A stretch of DNA of 64,000 nucleotides from Okamejei kenojei. Its lineage: Eukaryota. The position numbers and the translations under genes were made by a program. Every line of letters begins with the position of its first letter. Position 1 is the stretch's first letter. Of the stretch, positions 36,964 to 49,355 are shown piece by piece. Under the pieces are notes generated by a model. It saw only the letters and a list, made by a program, of their open reading frames with translations, had not been told where the DNA came from and did no database searches. Where the stretch lies: positions 57,350,001-57,414,000 of the forward strand of contig CM069139.1 in NCBI GenBank assembly GCA_035221665.1, given 5' to 3'.

Positions 36964-39254
36964 CTGAAAAGACAAGAATAAACAAACACAATGTGTTAAC
37001 ATTAAGATATAATTCTGCAAAAGCATATCCTTATGTCTCATTACTGGTTATTTGTACATGGTCTCGACACATCATCTCTATACGCATTGGATTGCAGTAA
37101 TATTGATGTATTACGTATCACTGTATTACATAATCGCATGTGTTTTATAATAATAAATCACACTGGACAAGTCAAAATGATTAATTTAATCACCATGTGT
37201 TCAATTTTACTCATGGGTCACAGGTTCATGAAAGAATGGAGGATCAAGTTTCGGGCAGAAAAAATACAGGAAACAATAGAAAAAGTGAAAATTAAGTAGA
37301 ACCAGAGAAGATGTTATTAAAAGGAACACGGCAAGTGGTCAGGAAGGCATCAATGTGAAGAAAATCTCTTGCACGGGATCTCTCTTTTACGTACATGCAA
37401 TGTCTCCTAATTGTTTTTTAAAATGTCTTTTTAGGAAATTCGGTGAAATTATTTCATTGCGTTATTTGAAATGTTTCAGGTGGTGTTGCGTATTATGATC
37501 AGACTGCAGCTACAGATCTAGCCTTGAAGCGCCGAGGAAGTTGGGGAGAGGGTCAAACCTGGTGCTTTGAGAACGTGGGATGTGGGCATAAGTGCGAACG
37601 ATCTGTCAGTAAATGTCAATCAGATCATAGTGTCCGTTCTTCTTGCTAGAATTAATTTGAATATAAAATGGCTATCAATATAACGTCTAAACCACAGGAT
37701 ATCAACTTTACCTCTATTCATCCACTTGAATTTGCCAATAGAATTGCATGCGGATGGTGTTTATACCATAAACTGGTAAACTGAAGGCATGTAAATTGTT
37801 GCCATTGTGTTAAGTGATTCTGCAGATTATTAGTAACCACGCTGGCATAACCACACTGAGACAATAATACAGTCTGCACCGTGTAATAAGTCCCACTCAG
37901 TCCTGTTTACTCCAGCACAGCAGCATGCTCACTGGTTGATGATAATTAAGTACCAAATATACCATATTGTCTGGCTGCATAATCAAATAAAGGGAGGATA
38001 ATATTGTTAGTATTAAGCCATTAATGTAATTGGTTATGAAGCATAAAATATGTTATGTAATTAAATAGGCCAGAAATTATATGGCCTACATTAAGAATTA
38101 CCCAAGCTGAGAAAATGTTGTTTCAAATACTGTTTTAGGGAACGTTGTTTTTAACATTCCATTTTGACTGCATTAGAGGAATACTGTAAGAGAGGAAGGA
38201 AACTGACTGTAGCTGATGCATCGTGGTAACCCCCTCAAACATCATACGTGAAACTATAAGATCGTATTTTATATAACCTGAAACAATCCTGTTAGGTGAC
38301 TGCAAGGAAAGTCATTTTATTGACTTACAATACAAAAAGATTGAAGGCGATTTAATAACAAAATAAACTGCCACTCTTTTTAAATGTAAGCATTCGGCTC
38401 AATGTGCGCAAGGAGTTTCAGTTATTAAATAAACCTTATGGTCGGATGCCTCAACGATGTGATGTATTGGTGTTTGCTGTATCCGAATCCCTCAAACATC
38501 ACATGCATCGGACACACTCCATCTGATGGATTATTTAGACGGTAGCCAATCAGCTCCGCTGGCAATTCCATTCCTTCACTTGCAGTCATCTCTTAATATC
38601 TGCCACTGCTCCTTTTTACAGTTTCCTGACTCTTTTTTTATATATATCTCACACAGGAGGTGATGGATATGTCTAAACGGGGGGTGGGGGTGGAACCTCA
38701 ATGAGGAACGTGTTGTGTTACCAGTGCCATACATACATCCAGACTATAGATTGCAAACCGCAACATTTCATCTTTACATAAGATAATTCATGCATCGATC
38801 GTTTCCTGACAGATTTATGTCACTCAAAGGACAGTCTCACTTCTTGCTTTTATCGTTTCATGAAGCCTGGTTAATTTCTCTTAAGTCAATTGGGTGCCCC
38901 GAAGATGTTTCTTTTCCCTTAAACGTCCCGATTGTTCATTCACTGCTTTCGTTTTTATTCGCTGTGCTCCATAATTAAAACAAATGGCTTTGCAGACCTA
39001 ATTTGCACTGTGTATGGTAAATGAGCTAGTTGACCTTCTGCAGTTTGCGGGATAGGGTTGAATGTTCAAGGGGCAAACTATTGCACTGGGCCTTCGTTGG
39101 AGTAGCATGCAAGTACGGGCAAGGCAAAAAAAAAATTGGGGGAATGGGTGGGTGGGAATTTTAAAAAAAAAATTGCGCTACAGTAATAGATAGAATAAAC
39201 AGCCCGGTCGTACTTACTTCCCCGGTGCTTTGCGATTGGTAAACTAGATGAGGG

Positions 39255-39350
<96 letters not shown>

Positions 39351-39619
39351 TCAGCAAGGTCGACTATTAGATAGTGAAAGAGACCCTTAAAAAAATTTTT
39401 TTTTTTTGTATTTTAGGATCCGTGGGGTGGACAAATTCCTCACAAATCTCTTGTCTGCAAGATTTGTTTCCCCATGGGTGCAAGGAAGACAGGCAAGGCA
39501 GGCAGCAGGCAAGGAGGAACCCCCTGTGATGATAGGGCGTGAGAGGACATGTGGATGGGAGGAGGAGGGGGAGGTGATGACGCTACACTTAGGGTGTGGG
39601 ACAAATGCACTCGGCTTAC

Positions 39620-39730
39620 CAGCGGGCCGAATTCCCATATGTTGCTGGCCATCCAATACAAAGCTTCCCATTGGTTGGCCTTCTGGACTGTACGCCGCTC
39701 CTTGGCTTACTGAAGGATCAAGAAGAAAAC
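39620..39730 (-). CDS. MEIS2: MEIS2 exon (~exon 11) with two alternative acceptors (111 or 90 bp)
   Basis: Encodes [37 protein letters not shown]; internal ccttcag acceptor (exon edge 39709) removes GFLLDPS, which is diagnostic of MEIS2; donor GTAAGC. Confidence 0.97.
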
Positions 39731-41249
39731 CTGATTGTAGTCAAACGTGGACACAGAGGAGAAAGAAAAGACATACCAAACAATCAGCAGTTACTCCTGA
39801 AACAGCAGACACAGTATGTTGTTGAACAAAACACATATACACAGAATTTTAAGAAATAAATCAAGCCATCGTCCACTAACCCAACGACCCGCAGTGTACC
39901 CAGATTTAAACATTCCCAGCAGCAACAAAACATATCAAAGGTGCAACTTTATATCGCAAAAGCAGAAACAATGGAGTACTCCAAAGTACAGTTCCTCTCT
40001 CAGTGCCTAGAAGATCTGAAAACTTATTTTGTCCAAGAATGAGGTATTCCTCTGCTTGTGCCAGCCAATGTCACTTAAATTAAAGATTACTTAGTCGGGT
40101 ATTGTGCCCTGATTGTCCCATGATAATTAACTGTGACTATTGTCTACACCTTCTCTAATTGCACTCTGAGCATGAAGCCACCCAGCCAAACATTTAATGG
40201 ATTCATTCAATCAATACTATCAAATTACATAAAACTAAGAATAGTGTTATGAACAGCATGCAATTTATGATGATTAAAAATAAATTACACAGGCAGTTCC
40301 TTAAGTCCTTAATTTATTAAATGCATGCTGCAGTGTGGGTCTGACATTTATAGATCAGATTGATGGGATCAGGGAATTTCACAGCGAAAGGGGAGGCCAT
40401 TCAGCCCACTATGCTTGTGGCAACTCCCTATCTGTACCCCTATATCTTCATGGGTTTTTGTTTTAAGCTTTAAAGCTGTAGCTTGAGGTGACTTCTCTCA
40501 ATTTAGGCAAGGAAGGTGACACTAAGAATTATTTTCCAGAGCTTGAGAATAGGGGAGAAAAATGAAAAAGAAAACAGCCAAGCATACTAGTCTTAGTTTC
40601 TTTCCATTATGCTGTTCTTGATTGTATGTGAGTAATGATTTGGAGAAATGAAAGCATTGGGTTTTGGCAGCTATGCCTCTCCCACGCATGAAGAAATGTA
40701 CTCGGGCAAGGTACTCAGAAGGCACCTGTAGACCCAAATCCCAGTTAGTCAGTGCCTTCAGCAGAGTGAGAGAGGAAATGTTCCTCGCGCTAGCTAGGAT
40801 TGAATGAGTTTTGTTATGCAGCACTGACAATACCCTGACAAATCAAACCAAATTTCTCTCTGGCTGTCACAAAAATCCAGACGTTAGCTCTTGCCCAAAC
40901 TACTCTGTTCACACCACGGTATCATTCCTGATCCCCAAGAAGCACGTTTGACAAGTTGTACACAATTCACAGAAATAAAAAGCACTTTACATATTGAAGT
41001 AAAGCAGCGGGTGCAAATCAACATCAAATCAAAGCAGTGTGAGTGACAATAAAAGGCTTCAATAAAGCTTCTGGCAAACCAACACAGAAGCACACAACTC
41101 CATGGTCGGCACAACATGCTTGTAGATTCAATTTTGTATATAAGCCAAATTAGAATAAAAATGTCCCAGACTGAAATTAAACATTTTTTATCATGGGATT
41201 GACAGAATCTAAAAAGAACATAATTTTACCCTGGTTATTTAGGTGGTTA

Positions 41250-41578
41250 TTTAGTTTAGTTTAGTTTAGTTTAGTTTAGTTTAGAGATACAGCATGGAAA
41301 CAGGCTCTTCGGCCCTCCAAGTCCATGCTAACCAGCGATCCCCACACGCTAACATTATCCTACACACACTAGGGACAATTACTGAATTTACTGAATCCAA
41401 TTAACCTACAAACCAGTATGTCTATGGAGTGTGAGGGGAAACCAGAGAACCCGGAGAAAACCCATGCAGGTCACTGGGAGAACGTACAAGCTATGTACAG
41501 ACAGTACCCGTTGACAGGATCGAACCCATGCCTCTGGCGCTGTAAGGCAGCAACTCTACCGCTGAGCCTCAGTGCCGC
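41250..41578 (-). mobile_element. HE1-like V-SINE with (CTAAA)n tail
   Basis: (TTTAG)n at 41250-41284, then reverse-complement SINE body. Confidence 0.9.
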
Positions 41579-42129
41579 ATCAGTTAGGGGCTATGTTTTC
41601 TGCCCTGCATCAAATGTGGCAATAGAGCACTAAAACTATGCAATACTCAAGCTTACTTTTTACTTTAGAATTACTAACTGGAGCAATATGTTTCAGAGGA
41701 CTTTAACAGTAATTATTTTAAGGGACCCACCGCTATTATTAACAGTAAAAAAACACAGAAGCCATGGCATAATAACAGTGTGTTTACCTAGGAGTTGTGA
41801 GCAGTTAAGAAAGGCATCAGTGGCAGAGAGACAACCAGTGATTTCCGCAGTAACGGCACCCACTCAGCAAGTTATTTGTGGTGCGAAGATATTTGCCCAA
41901 TTACCCTTATTAACCAGAGATAAAAGCAGCCTTGGGAAAGTGAGGGTGGGGAATTCCAGTTGGCATCGGTTAGTGAGATTTCTCCCTGCACCAGAATTCT
42001 GGATAGTTAGCTCTCCCAGATGGTGGCCTGCCTGCCGGGATTATTTACCAGGTGAAGGAACTCCTGATGAATAACTTGATGAAGATTTGTGCCTGCAGGA
42101 CTTGAATACAGTTACTACTTGAGACTTGC

Positions 42130-42188
42130 CTGCTCGATTGGACTGGTCGATCATGGGTTGTACTATTCTTCTCCTGGCATTAATGAAC
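42130..42188 (-). CDS. MEIS2: MEIS2 59-bp exon (~exon 10), end of homeodomain helix 3
   Basis: Encodes (W)FINARRRIVQPMIDQSNRA; ttttag acceptor and non-canonical CAG|GCAAGT donor. Confidence 0.97.
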
Positions 42189-44159
42189 CTAAAAGAAAAC
42201 AGTAAAAGGGTACATTTTACTCCTCAATTAAAGAAAAAACAGAGTTGCTTTCTCCCCCCACCCCCATCCCACTCATTTTGATTTGTTGAAGGCACAGAAA
42301 TAAAATCAGCTGTCCGTCGTGTCATCTTTTGATTTAAAGTCCTCTTACGGTCAACCATTTTAATATATTTAGTTGCCTGAGATGGAATGTCTGTCGGGGC
42401 AAAGAGGCACAAACATGGTAAAAGTTCATTGCTTCAACCCGGTTGCTTTCTTCTGAGAGTGGTTGTAACACCCCTTCCAGCTGTCCATAAATGAAGACCA
42501 GGCTTTGCCACTCTCTGCTTTCACAAGGTATTGTTATGTCAGCAAGCCCATCAATTAGGTTGTCTGAAGTTTTATCACCACAGCAGCAAATAAGTGCTGG
42601 TACAGAAAGGCTCCTGCTTATTCGCAGCCCCTGCAGTTTTAGACTGTAAAGTCAAGGGGTCATTTGGAGGTTAGTGACTGGCAATGCTGACCTTTTCAAC
42701 TGAGATTTCCACACCCAGGGCACAAAAAAAAAGCAAATGCCCATCAGAACGAGGGGGGTACTAAAAGACATGTGCTCAGAAAAACAGACAACTTCTTTCC
42801 ACGAGTCCAAACATGCACTTTTGATTTTATACTGAAAGATACTTCTACGCTTATATATTTTGTCATTCTGGGAAATAAAAAGTTGGAAACGGATCCGAAA
42901 TGGAGATGGGGGCACCATGCACTTCCATTAAGGGCTTAGAAATTAATCCTCTTCTAGACAACCTACAGTTGCAGACTGCTATATATTTTTAAAAACGTTT
43001 AACAGTCATTGTGCATCCAGCGCACCATCAAAGTGCCGCAGTTATGAAAAAATTGTGACAACCTTGGATTTTGCTTCTGATTTGACAAATTATGATACAG
43101 CTTGACGGTCTGTCACTGTTACCAGAAAATTGCCACATTCTTGTTCTTTCCAAAAAAAGCCAGATAAAAATCGTTTCATAAAAGCTATTTGAAATTAATC
43201 ATTGCAGGTCTGGTTTTAATTTAGCAGTCCCGCCTCCCAGCAGAAACTGCACTCACTCCACCACTCGAAAAAAAAACCCCTTGTATTTCTTACTATCTAA
43301 AATGTTTGCAAACTCTATGCAGGGGCCAAATGTTTGCATTTGAAATGAAGCCAAACTGCTCCACTGTCTTTTATGTCCAACTTAGTGCAAGAAACACAAC
43401 TCATGCGAATGGCATGTAACAAATGTCTCATGGCTGTGGAATTGGGGGATGGGGAGTAAAAAACAAGAATGAACCAGGAGCCCAAAAAAACATACGATTC
43501 CATGACTGATTTCTGATGCAAAATAGTCATAGACAAATAGCTTATTATTTTAACGTAAATATTCTTATTTCAGAATGGACCTTCTAACTGAATTGTAATA
43601 ATCTTGCCAATGTTTTAGCAAGTGCATTATAAAATATTTTCTATCTATATACCGATTATTGAAGGGAAGAATCCTCTATAGATTTGCATTTTATCTTGTT
43701 GTCAAAAAATGTCACCCAACACAATTACTTGTCTTGCCTAAGCTCCAGTTGAAAAGCTGCTTCAGGCATTAAAACTAGCTAAGCAACTGAAGAAAGAGAT
43801 GTTCTTCAGGGAAATAGCAACGGTCCTTTTAACAAGCAGCGCAGATATCATTAAATCAAATCATCAGTAAACAAACATCTGTTCGACAGTCAGAATGCAC
43901 AAAGTGACCCTGTGCAGAACGAGTGTTTCAGTTACGATTACCAGATCCAAACGAATTCAATTTACCTCATGTTCACACTTGTCATCAAACTGAATGGCGG
44001 TAAAGAACAAAGCAATATTAAGTTTGTGTGCGACCCCAGATATCTGTAAATATATTTTTGACTTCAATCGATGGGCTTTGAAGGCACATCTAAATGGAGG
44101 TCATGTGCATAGAAACAGATGGATCCAAACACGCCCTCATTCTGGACATGAGGAAGATG

Positions 44160-44440
44160 TTTGGGTTTGAGTTTCATTTACTGTCACGTATGCCGAGGTA
44201 CAGCGAAAAGCTTTTGTTGCATGCTAACCAGTCAGCGGAGAGACTATACATGATTACAACTGAGCCATCCACAGTGTACAGGTACATAATAAAATGAATA
44301 AAGTTGAGTGCAAGATAAAGTACAGTAAAGTCCGATCAAAGCTAGTCGGAGGGTCTCGAGTGAGGTAGATAGTAGCTCAGGACTGCTCTCTAGTTGTTGG
44401 TAGGATGGTTCAGTTGCCTGAAAACAGCTGGGGAAAAAAA
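44160..44440 (-). mobile_element. Rex1-like LINE 3' end / derived short element
   Basis: Homologous to 23661-23950. Confidence 0.75.
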
Positions 44441-45057
44441 CTCTCCCTCAATTTATGGGAGGCTTTGCGACAGGAATTTTCAAATGAAAATTCTTAAACA
44501 AGGCATTTGTTTTTTTTTTTGGCTGGAATTGAATTGTTGGCAGTTGTTAGACTCCCAATCAAAAGTTCCAAGTCTGAAAGCTGCCTTTAAACAAGGTTGA
44601 AGTGGGTGCTTGTTCTCGATGAGGCCAGTAGATGGAGCATTTGGCAAAAGCAGGGTATTTTCATCCATGTGGGTAGAAAAAGTGGAAGAATGGACCGATC
44701 CACTACATTTTGACCAGTCACAGAGCAGCAACAGCGGAGCCTACAGTTTAGTCCTTTCAACCCTTGACCGCCAGCCAAGATGCTGCAAAAAATTGCAAAT
44801 GCAGGCCGTGCCCAAGTTACAGCATCATTCCCTTCCTGTGAAATATTTGTAACCCGGACAATTCACAGGTCGGAAAGATGGCCGTGATTCGCATTTCCAC
44901 ATAGCAACCCATCCCGCCGGTCTCCCAAAAGCTTGTCCTTACATGAGGGCTATACTTAGATTGGGGGTTTATAAGCTGAGAAGGACCTGTAGTGACGAGC
45001 TGAGGAGGTAGCAAACAGACAGACTTGGCCAACGTTCAGTACAACATGAAGATCTCG

Positions 45058-45249
45058 CAGTGGTTCTTAACCTAGGGGTCATGACCCCCTATTGGGGTCG
45101 TTTGGGGCTTTGCCGGAGGTGATGAAAGGGACACAAATAACATATAAATTTGTTGAGCCCATGTTTAGGAACGTAACAAAGGTACATACCACATACAGTA
45201 TTTTGATCATGTATGTGCATACTGGTGCCAAAAAGGTTAAGAACCATTG
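45058..45249. mobile_element. hAT/Charlie-type MITE
   Basis: TIRs CAGTGGTTCTTAACCT (45058-45073) / AGGTTAAGAACCATTG (45234-45249); no 8-bp TSD recognisable. Confidence 0.75.
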
Positions 45250-45254
45250 AGTGA

Positions 45255-45762
45255 AGGAAGGAACTGCAGATGCTGGTTTACACTGACGATAGACACCAAA
45301 AGCTAGAATAACTCAGTGGGTCAGACAGCTTCTCTGGAGAAAAGGGACTGAACCACACTGAGCAGGTGCACCAGTGTCCTCTGAACAAGGGGGTGATAGG
45401 AAGAGGGCGGGGGGGGGGGGGGGGGGTGGAGGGAGGTGGGGAGGAGTATTGAGATTGATCAGCACTCTGCCAATAGTCATTGAAGCGGATTCAATGTTGA
45501 CTTTCCGAGGAGTATTACATACTTCTGAAGAAGGCAAGAATTGCAGAAATACACGGACAGAGAAGGGGCCAATTGTGCAACTCTATCTTAGTGTGACCAG
45601 TCAAGATGCTACTGCACTGCATGTTCCAGCAGTCTGAATAATGGTCCCAATCTAAAATGTCACATATCCATGTTCTCCAGAGAGGTTGCCTGACCTGCTG
45701 AGTTACTCCAACACTTTGTGTTCCTTTGGTGTGAACCAGCATCTGCAGTTCTATATTTCTGC
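45255..45762. mobile_element. Inverted pair of Penelope-like repeats
   Basis: Family body on - at ~45255-45345 and on + at ~45630-45762. Confidence 0.65.
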
Positions 45763-46256
45763 ATGTTTCACTGACTTGTTGAAAAAAAAATCAAAAATAA
45801 CTATATAAAATGGAAGCAGTTATCTCTCCCTTTTGTTTTACGACTGATACCCGTACCCTTGTTTTAAGACCCGATATTCCTTTCTCCGGAATCACCTTTG
45901 CAATTAACTTGGAAATAGCCCCAAGTGAGTAGAAAGGGAGCACAATCTGCTCCTCGACCATTGGTGATTTTAGTTCCGGTTGTAGGGCTCAGAGAAACAA
46001 GGAGATTAAACCTGTCTCATTAATATTCAGTGACACCAAATAGCTCTGGTGTAACATGTGATACCAAAGCATTATCACAGCCCTTTGATTTATTCAGCAT
46101 GCATCGTATCATTATAGATAATACCACCTGAACAGACTGAGCAAACTGTTATCAATAGAAGGTTACCTCCTCACATTCTTTCCAAACTGAGCCCAAACTG
46201 ACACTAAATTGTGTATATTTTGAACTCTGAGCTAAGATTCAAGTAACACAGTCATC

Positions 46257-46563
46257 AGACTTTAGACTTTAGAGGTTTAGAGCAAAAACAGGCCCTTCGC
46301 CCCACCGAGCCCACGCCCACCAGTGATTACCCCATACACTAGCACTATCCGACACACTAGGGACAATTTACTATTTAACAAAGCTAATTAATCTACAAAC
46401 CTGTACATCTTTAGAATGTGGGAGAAAACCAGAGCACCCAGAGAAAACCCATGCGGTCACAGGGAGAATGGACAAACTCCGTACAGACAGCAGCTGTAGA
46501 CAAGATCAAACCCGGGTGTTTGGTGCTATATGGCAGCAACTACCGATGCGCTACTGTGCCGCC
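46257..46563 (-). mobile_element. HE1-like V-SINE
   Basis: Reverse-complement full SINE with agactttagacttt tail. Confidence 0.9.
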
Positions 46564-46639
46564 CATCCACTGAGGCTAAAAGATGTATATTTTGTACTCT
46601 GTGCTGAAATTCAAGGAACACAGTCATTAATGATAAATA

Positions 46640-47172
46640 AAAGGTGCTGCAGTAACTCAGTGGGATGGGCAGCATCTCTGCAGATCATGGACAAGTGACG
46701 TTTTGGGTCAGGACCCTTCTTCTGACTGATTGGTGTGAGGAGAAGAAAGCTGCAAGAGAAGAGGGGACAGGAAAAAGTCTGGCTAGGGTGAATACTGGTT
46801 TAGATAGGCAGATGGTTGAACGAAGTCCAGCGATGAAAAGACAAAAAGCGCAAGGATAGAAGAGACACGATTGTGAAGCCAGAAGAAAGAATATAGATGG
46901 AAGGGGATGGGAGAGGGGGAGCAGAAATGAGGGGGTAAACAGGGAGGGGGGAGGGAGAAGTGGGGAGGGTTCTTTGGAGGTTTGTTACCTAAAATTAGGG
47001 AATGCATGATATCCTATGTGGCTGGGACAAAGATAATCTATTCCTCTGAAGAAGGGTCCCAACCTGAAACATCACCTATCCATGTTCTCCGGAGATGATG
47101 ACTGACCCGCTGAGTTACTCCAGCACATTGTGTCTTTTTTGCAAACCAGCATTTGCAGTTCCTTGTTTCTGC
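46640..47172. mobile_element. Penelope-like fragment with inverted terminal repeats
   Basis: - copy 46640-46730 with purine-rich extension to ~47010, + copy 47046-47172; both carry decayed hammerhead cores. Confidence 0.7.
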
Positions 47173-47674
47173 ACTCTGTCCTTCCCTTTTCTTGACCTTT
47201 GACATAACTGACAACACCATTTTCCTTCAACCCTTGTTCAATTGAATTCCATTCTTGTATCTCTATTTATAAGCAGAGGAACACCTATAATGATTGTGTT
47301 ACTTCCGTGACTGAAGTTGCTATTTTTTGTTCTTCGCCTATTTCTTCATTTCGCCTATGGCATCATCTGGAGGCAAGGGGTCTGTTTCCATGCATTCATT
47401 GTGAACAATCATCTGCTCCTCACCCTTACTTCTCTTGCCTTTCAGCTATCAGTGCGGTTATCCAATATCCTGTATCACATCACCAGGAATTTCCTCCACC
47501 TCAATTTTCCGAGTTATGAAGCTCATCTTTGACTCCAGTCAGAAACCGTTCATTCAGGCACTACCAAGACAACGTTTGCAATCAGGATGCCTCTCGTGAC
47601 GAGTTGCCCAGCTGCATCTTTACCATCAACTAGAGTAGCTATTCCACCTCCTTAACACTCATGAAATTATGAGA

Positions 47675-47890
47675 CATGCAAGCAGAATTAAGCCATTTGT
47701 TCGGCCCATCGATTCTGCCCCACCATTCACTCATGGCTGATCTATCTTTCCCTCTCAACCCCATTCTTCTGCCTTCTCCCCGCAACCTTTGAGGCCCTTA
47801 CTAATCAGGAACCTGTCAATCTCCGCTCTAAAAATACCCAATGACTTGGCCTCCACTGCCGTCTATAGCAATGTATTCAACAGAATTCAC
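47675..47890 (-). mobile_element. CR1/HER1 LINE 3' end
   Basis: Homologous to 49015-49240. Confidence 0.8.
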
Positions 47891-47944
47891 TGGTCGACTC
47901 TATCTCTGCCTCAGCTCACTCACACGGTTTCTTGTCCTGATCCT

Positions 47945-48385
47945 TAGAACATAGAACAGTAGAGCACAGGAACAGGCCCTAATCTCCTTGCCTGCATATA
48001 ACTCATATCCGTCCACTACCTGCATATTCATCTGCCTATCCAAAAGCCTCTTAAACGCCACTATTGTCTCTGCCTCTTCACCCCTGGCAGTACTTTCAGG
48101 ACACCCACCACTCTTTGTGCAAAAAGCCTGCCCCACACATTTCCTTTAACCATGTTCCCTCCCACCTTAAAAATATGCTCTCTAGGTTCTGACAATCTAC
48201 CCTGTCCACTCTACTGTATGCCACTCATAATTGTATAAACTTATATCAGGTCTCCACTCAGCCTCCAGTGCTCCAGAGAAAGCAAACCAAATTTGTCCTA
48301 TCAACCCCTATAGCTAATACCTTCCAATCCAGGAGCACTCTGATAAACCTCTTCTGCACAGTCTTCAAATCCTCCTTTATAACCT
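47945..48385 (-). mobile_element. CR1/HER1 LINE 3' fragment
   Basis: AETIVAFKRLLDRQMN motif and tagaacatagaac tail. Confidence 0.8.
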
Positions 48386-49014
48386 CTATACTTGAATATC
48401 ACATTCTGTCCATTGTTCCTTGTTCTAACCTCCAGAAATTAGTTCATCCAAAGTTCTATTACCAAATGCTGTCCTACAGACAAGTCCCGTTTGCTCAATA
48501 TCCCTGTTCAGGCATTAGCTCCTGGCTGTGCAATGCCTCAATTGTAAAGTTATTATCCTTATATGCAAATTCTTCATCAATCCTTCCTACATCTGTAATC
48601 TCATCCATTTCGAAAGTCCTATGATAAATGTGTGCTCTTTCAATTTTTGCCCCTTGGTCATCCCCAAACTTATTTGCTTCACAAATGGTTGTCATGCATT
48701 CAACTGTCAATGCTCTAAGTTTTGAAATCCCTTCTGGAATCTATTGAGACCTTCCTTGAAACCTATATATGTTTTGAACAAGCTTCTGGTCTCCTTTCCT
48801 GGCGTCTCTCCCTATGTTGTTAGTTTCTGTGAAGTGAATTGGAAATTTTGTTATGTGAAAGGTGCCATATATTGTTGTTGTTGCCTTGATTAACACAGGA
48901 CATGCTTGACATTTTGATTTGAAACAGCAGGAGCGGTAAAGCACACTGGCGTGTGACTATCTGAAAGCTAGACCTGTGCTGTAAAATTCAACAGGTTTCT
49001 TGCATCTGAAGAGT

Positions 49015-49355
49015 TCATAAAGTCATAAGTTATAGGAGCAGAATTAGGCCATTTGGCCCATCAAGTCTACTCCGCCATTCAATACTGGCTGATCTTTCTT
49101 TCCCTCTCAACCCCATTTTCTTGCCTTCTCCCCATAACCCCTGACACCCTTACTAATTAAGACTATGTCAATCTCTAACTTAAAAATATCCACTGACTTG
49201 GCCTCCACATCCGTCTCTGGCAATTAATTCCACAGATTCACCACCCTCTGACTAAAGAAATTCCTCCTCATCTCCCTTCTAAAGGTATGTCCTTTTATTC
49301 GGAGGTTGTGGCCTCTGGTCCCAGACTGTTCCACTAGCGGAAACATCCTGTCCAG
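49015..49355 (-). mobile_element. CR1/HER1 LINE 3' fragment
   Basis: aattccacagattcaccaccctctg = RVVNLWN motif on -; short repeat tail. Confidence 0.85.

Noticed and set aside
38456-38510. Pre-miRNA-like hairpin (GATGTATTGGTGTTTG / CAAACATCACATGCATC)
   Set aside because: Stem is only ~16 bp, relies on G-U pairs on the strand opposite MEIS2, and matches no miRNA I recognise.
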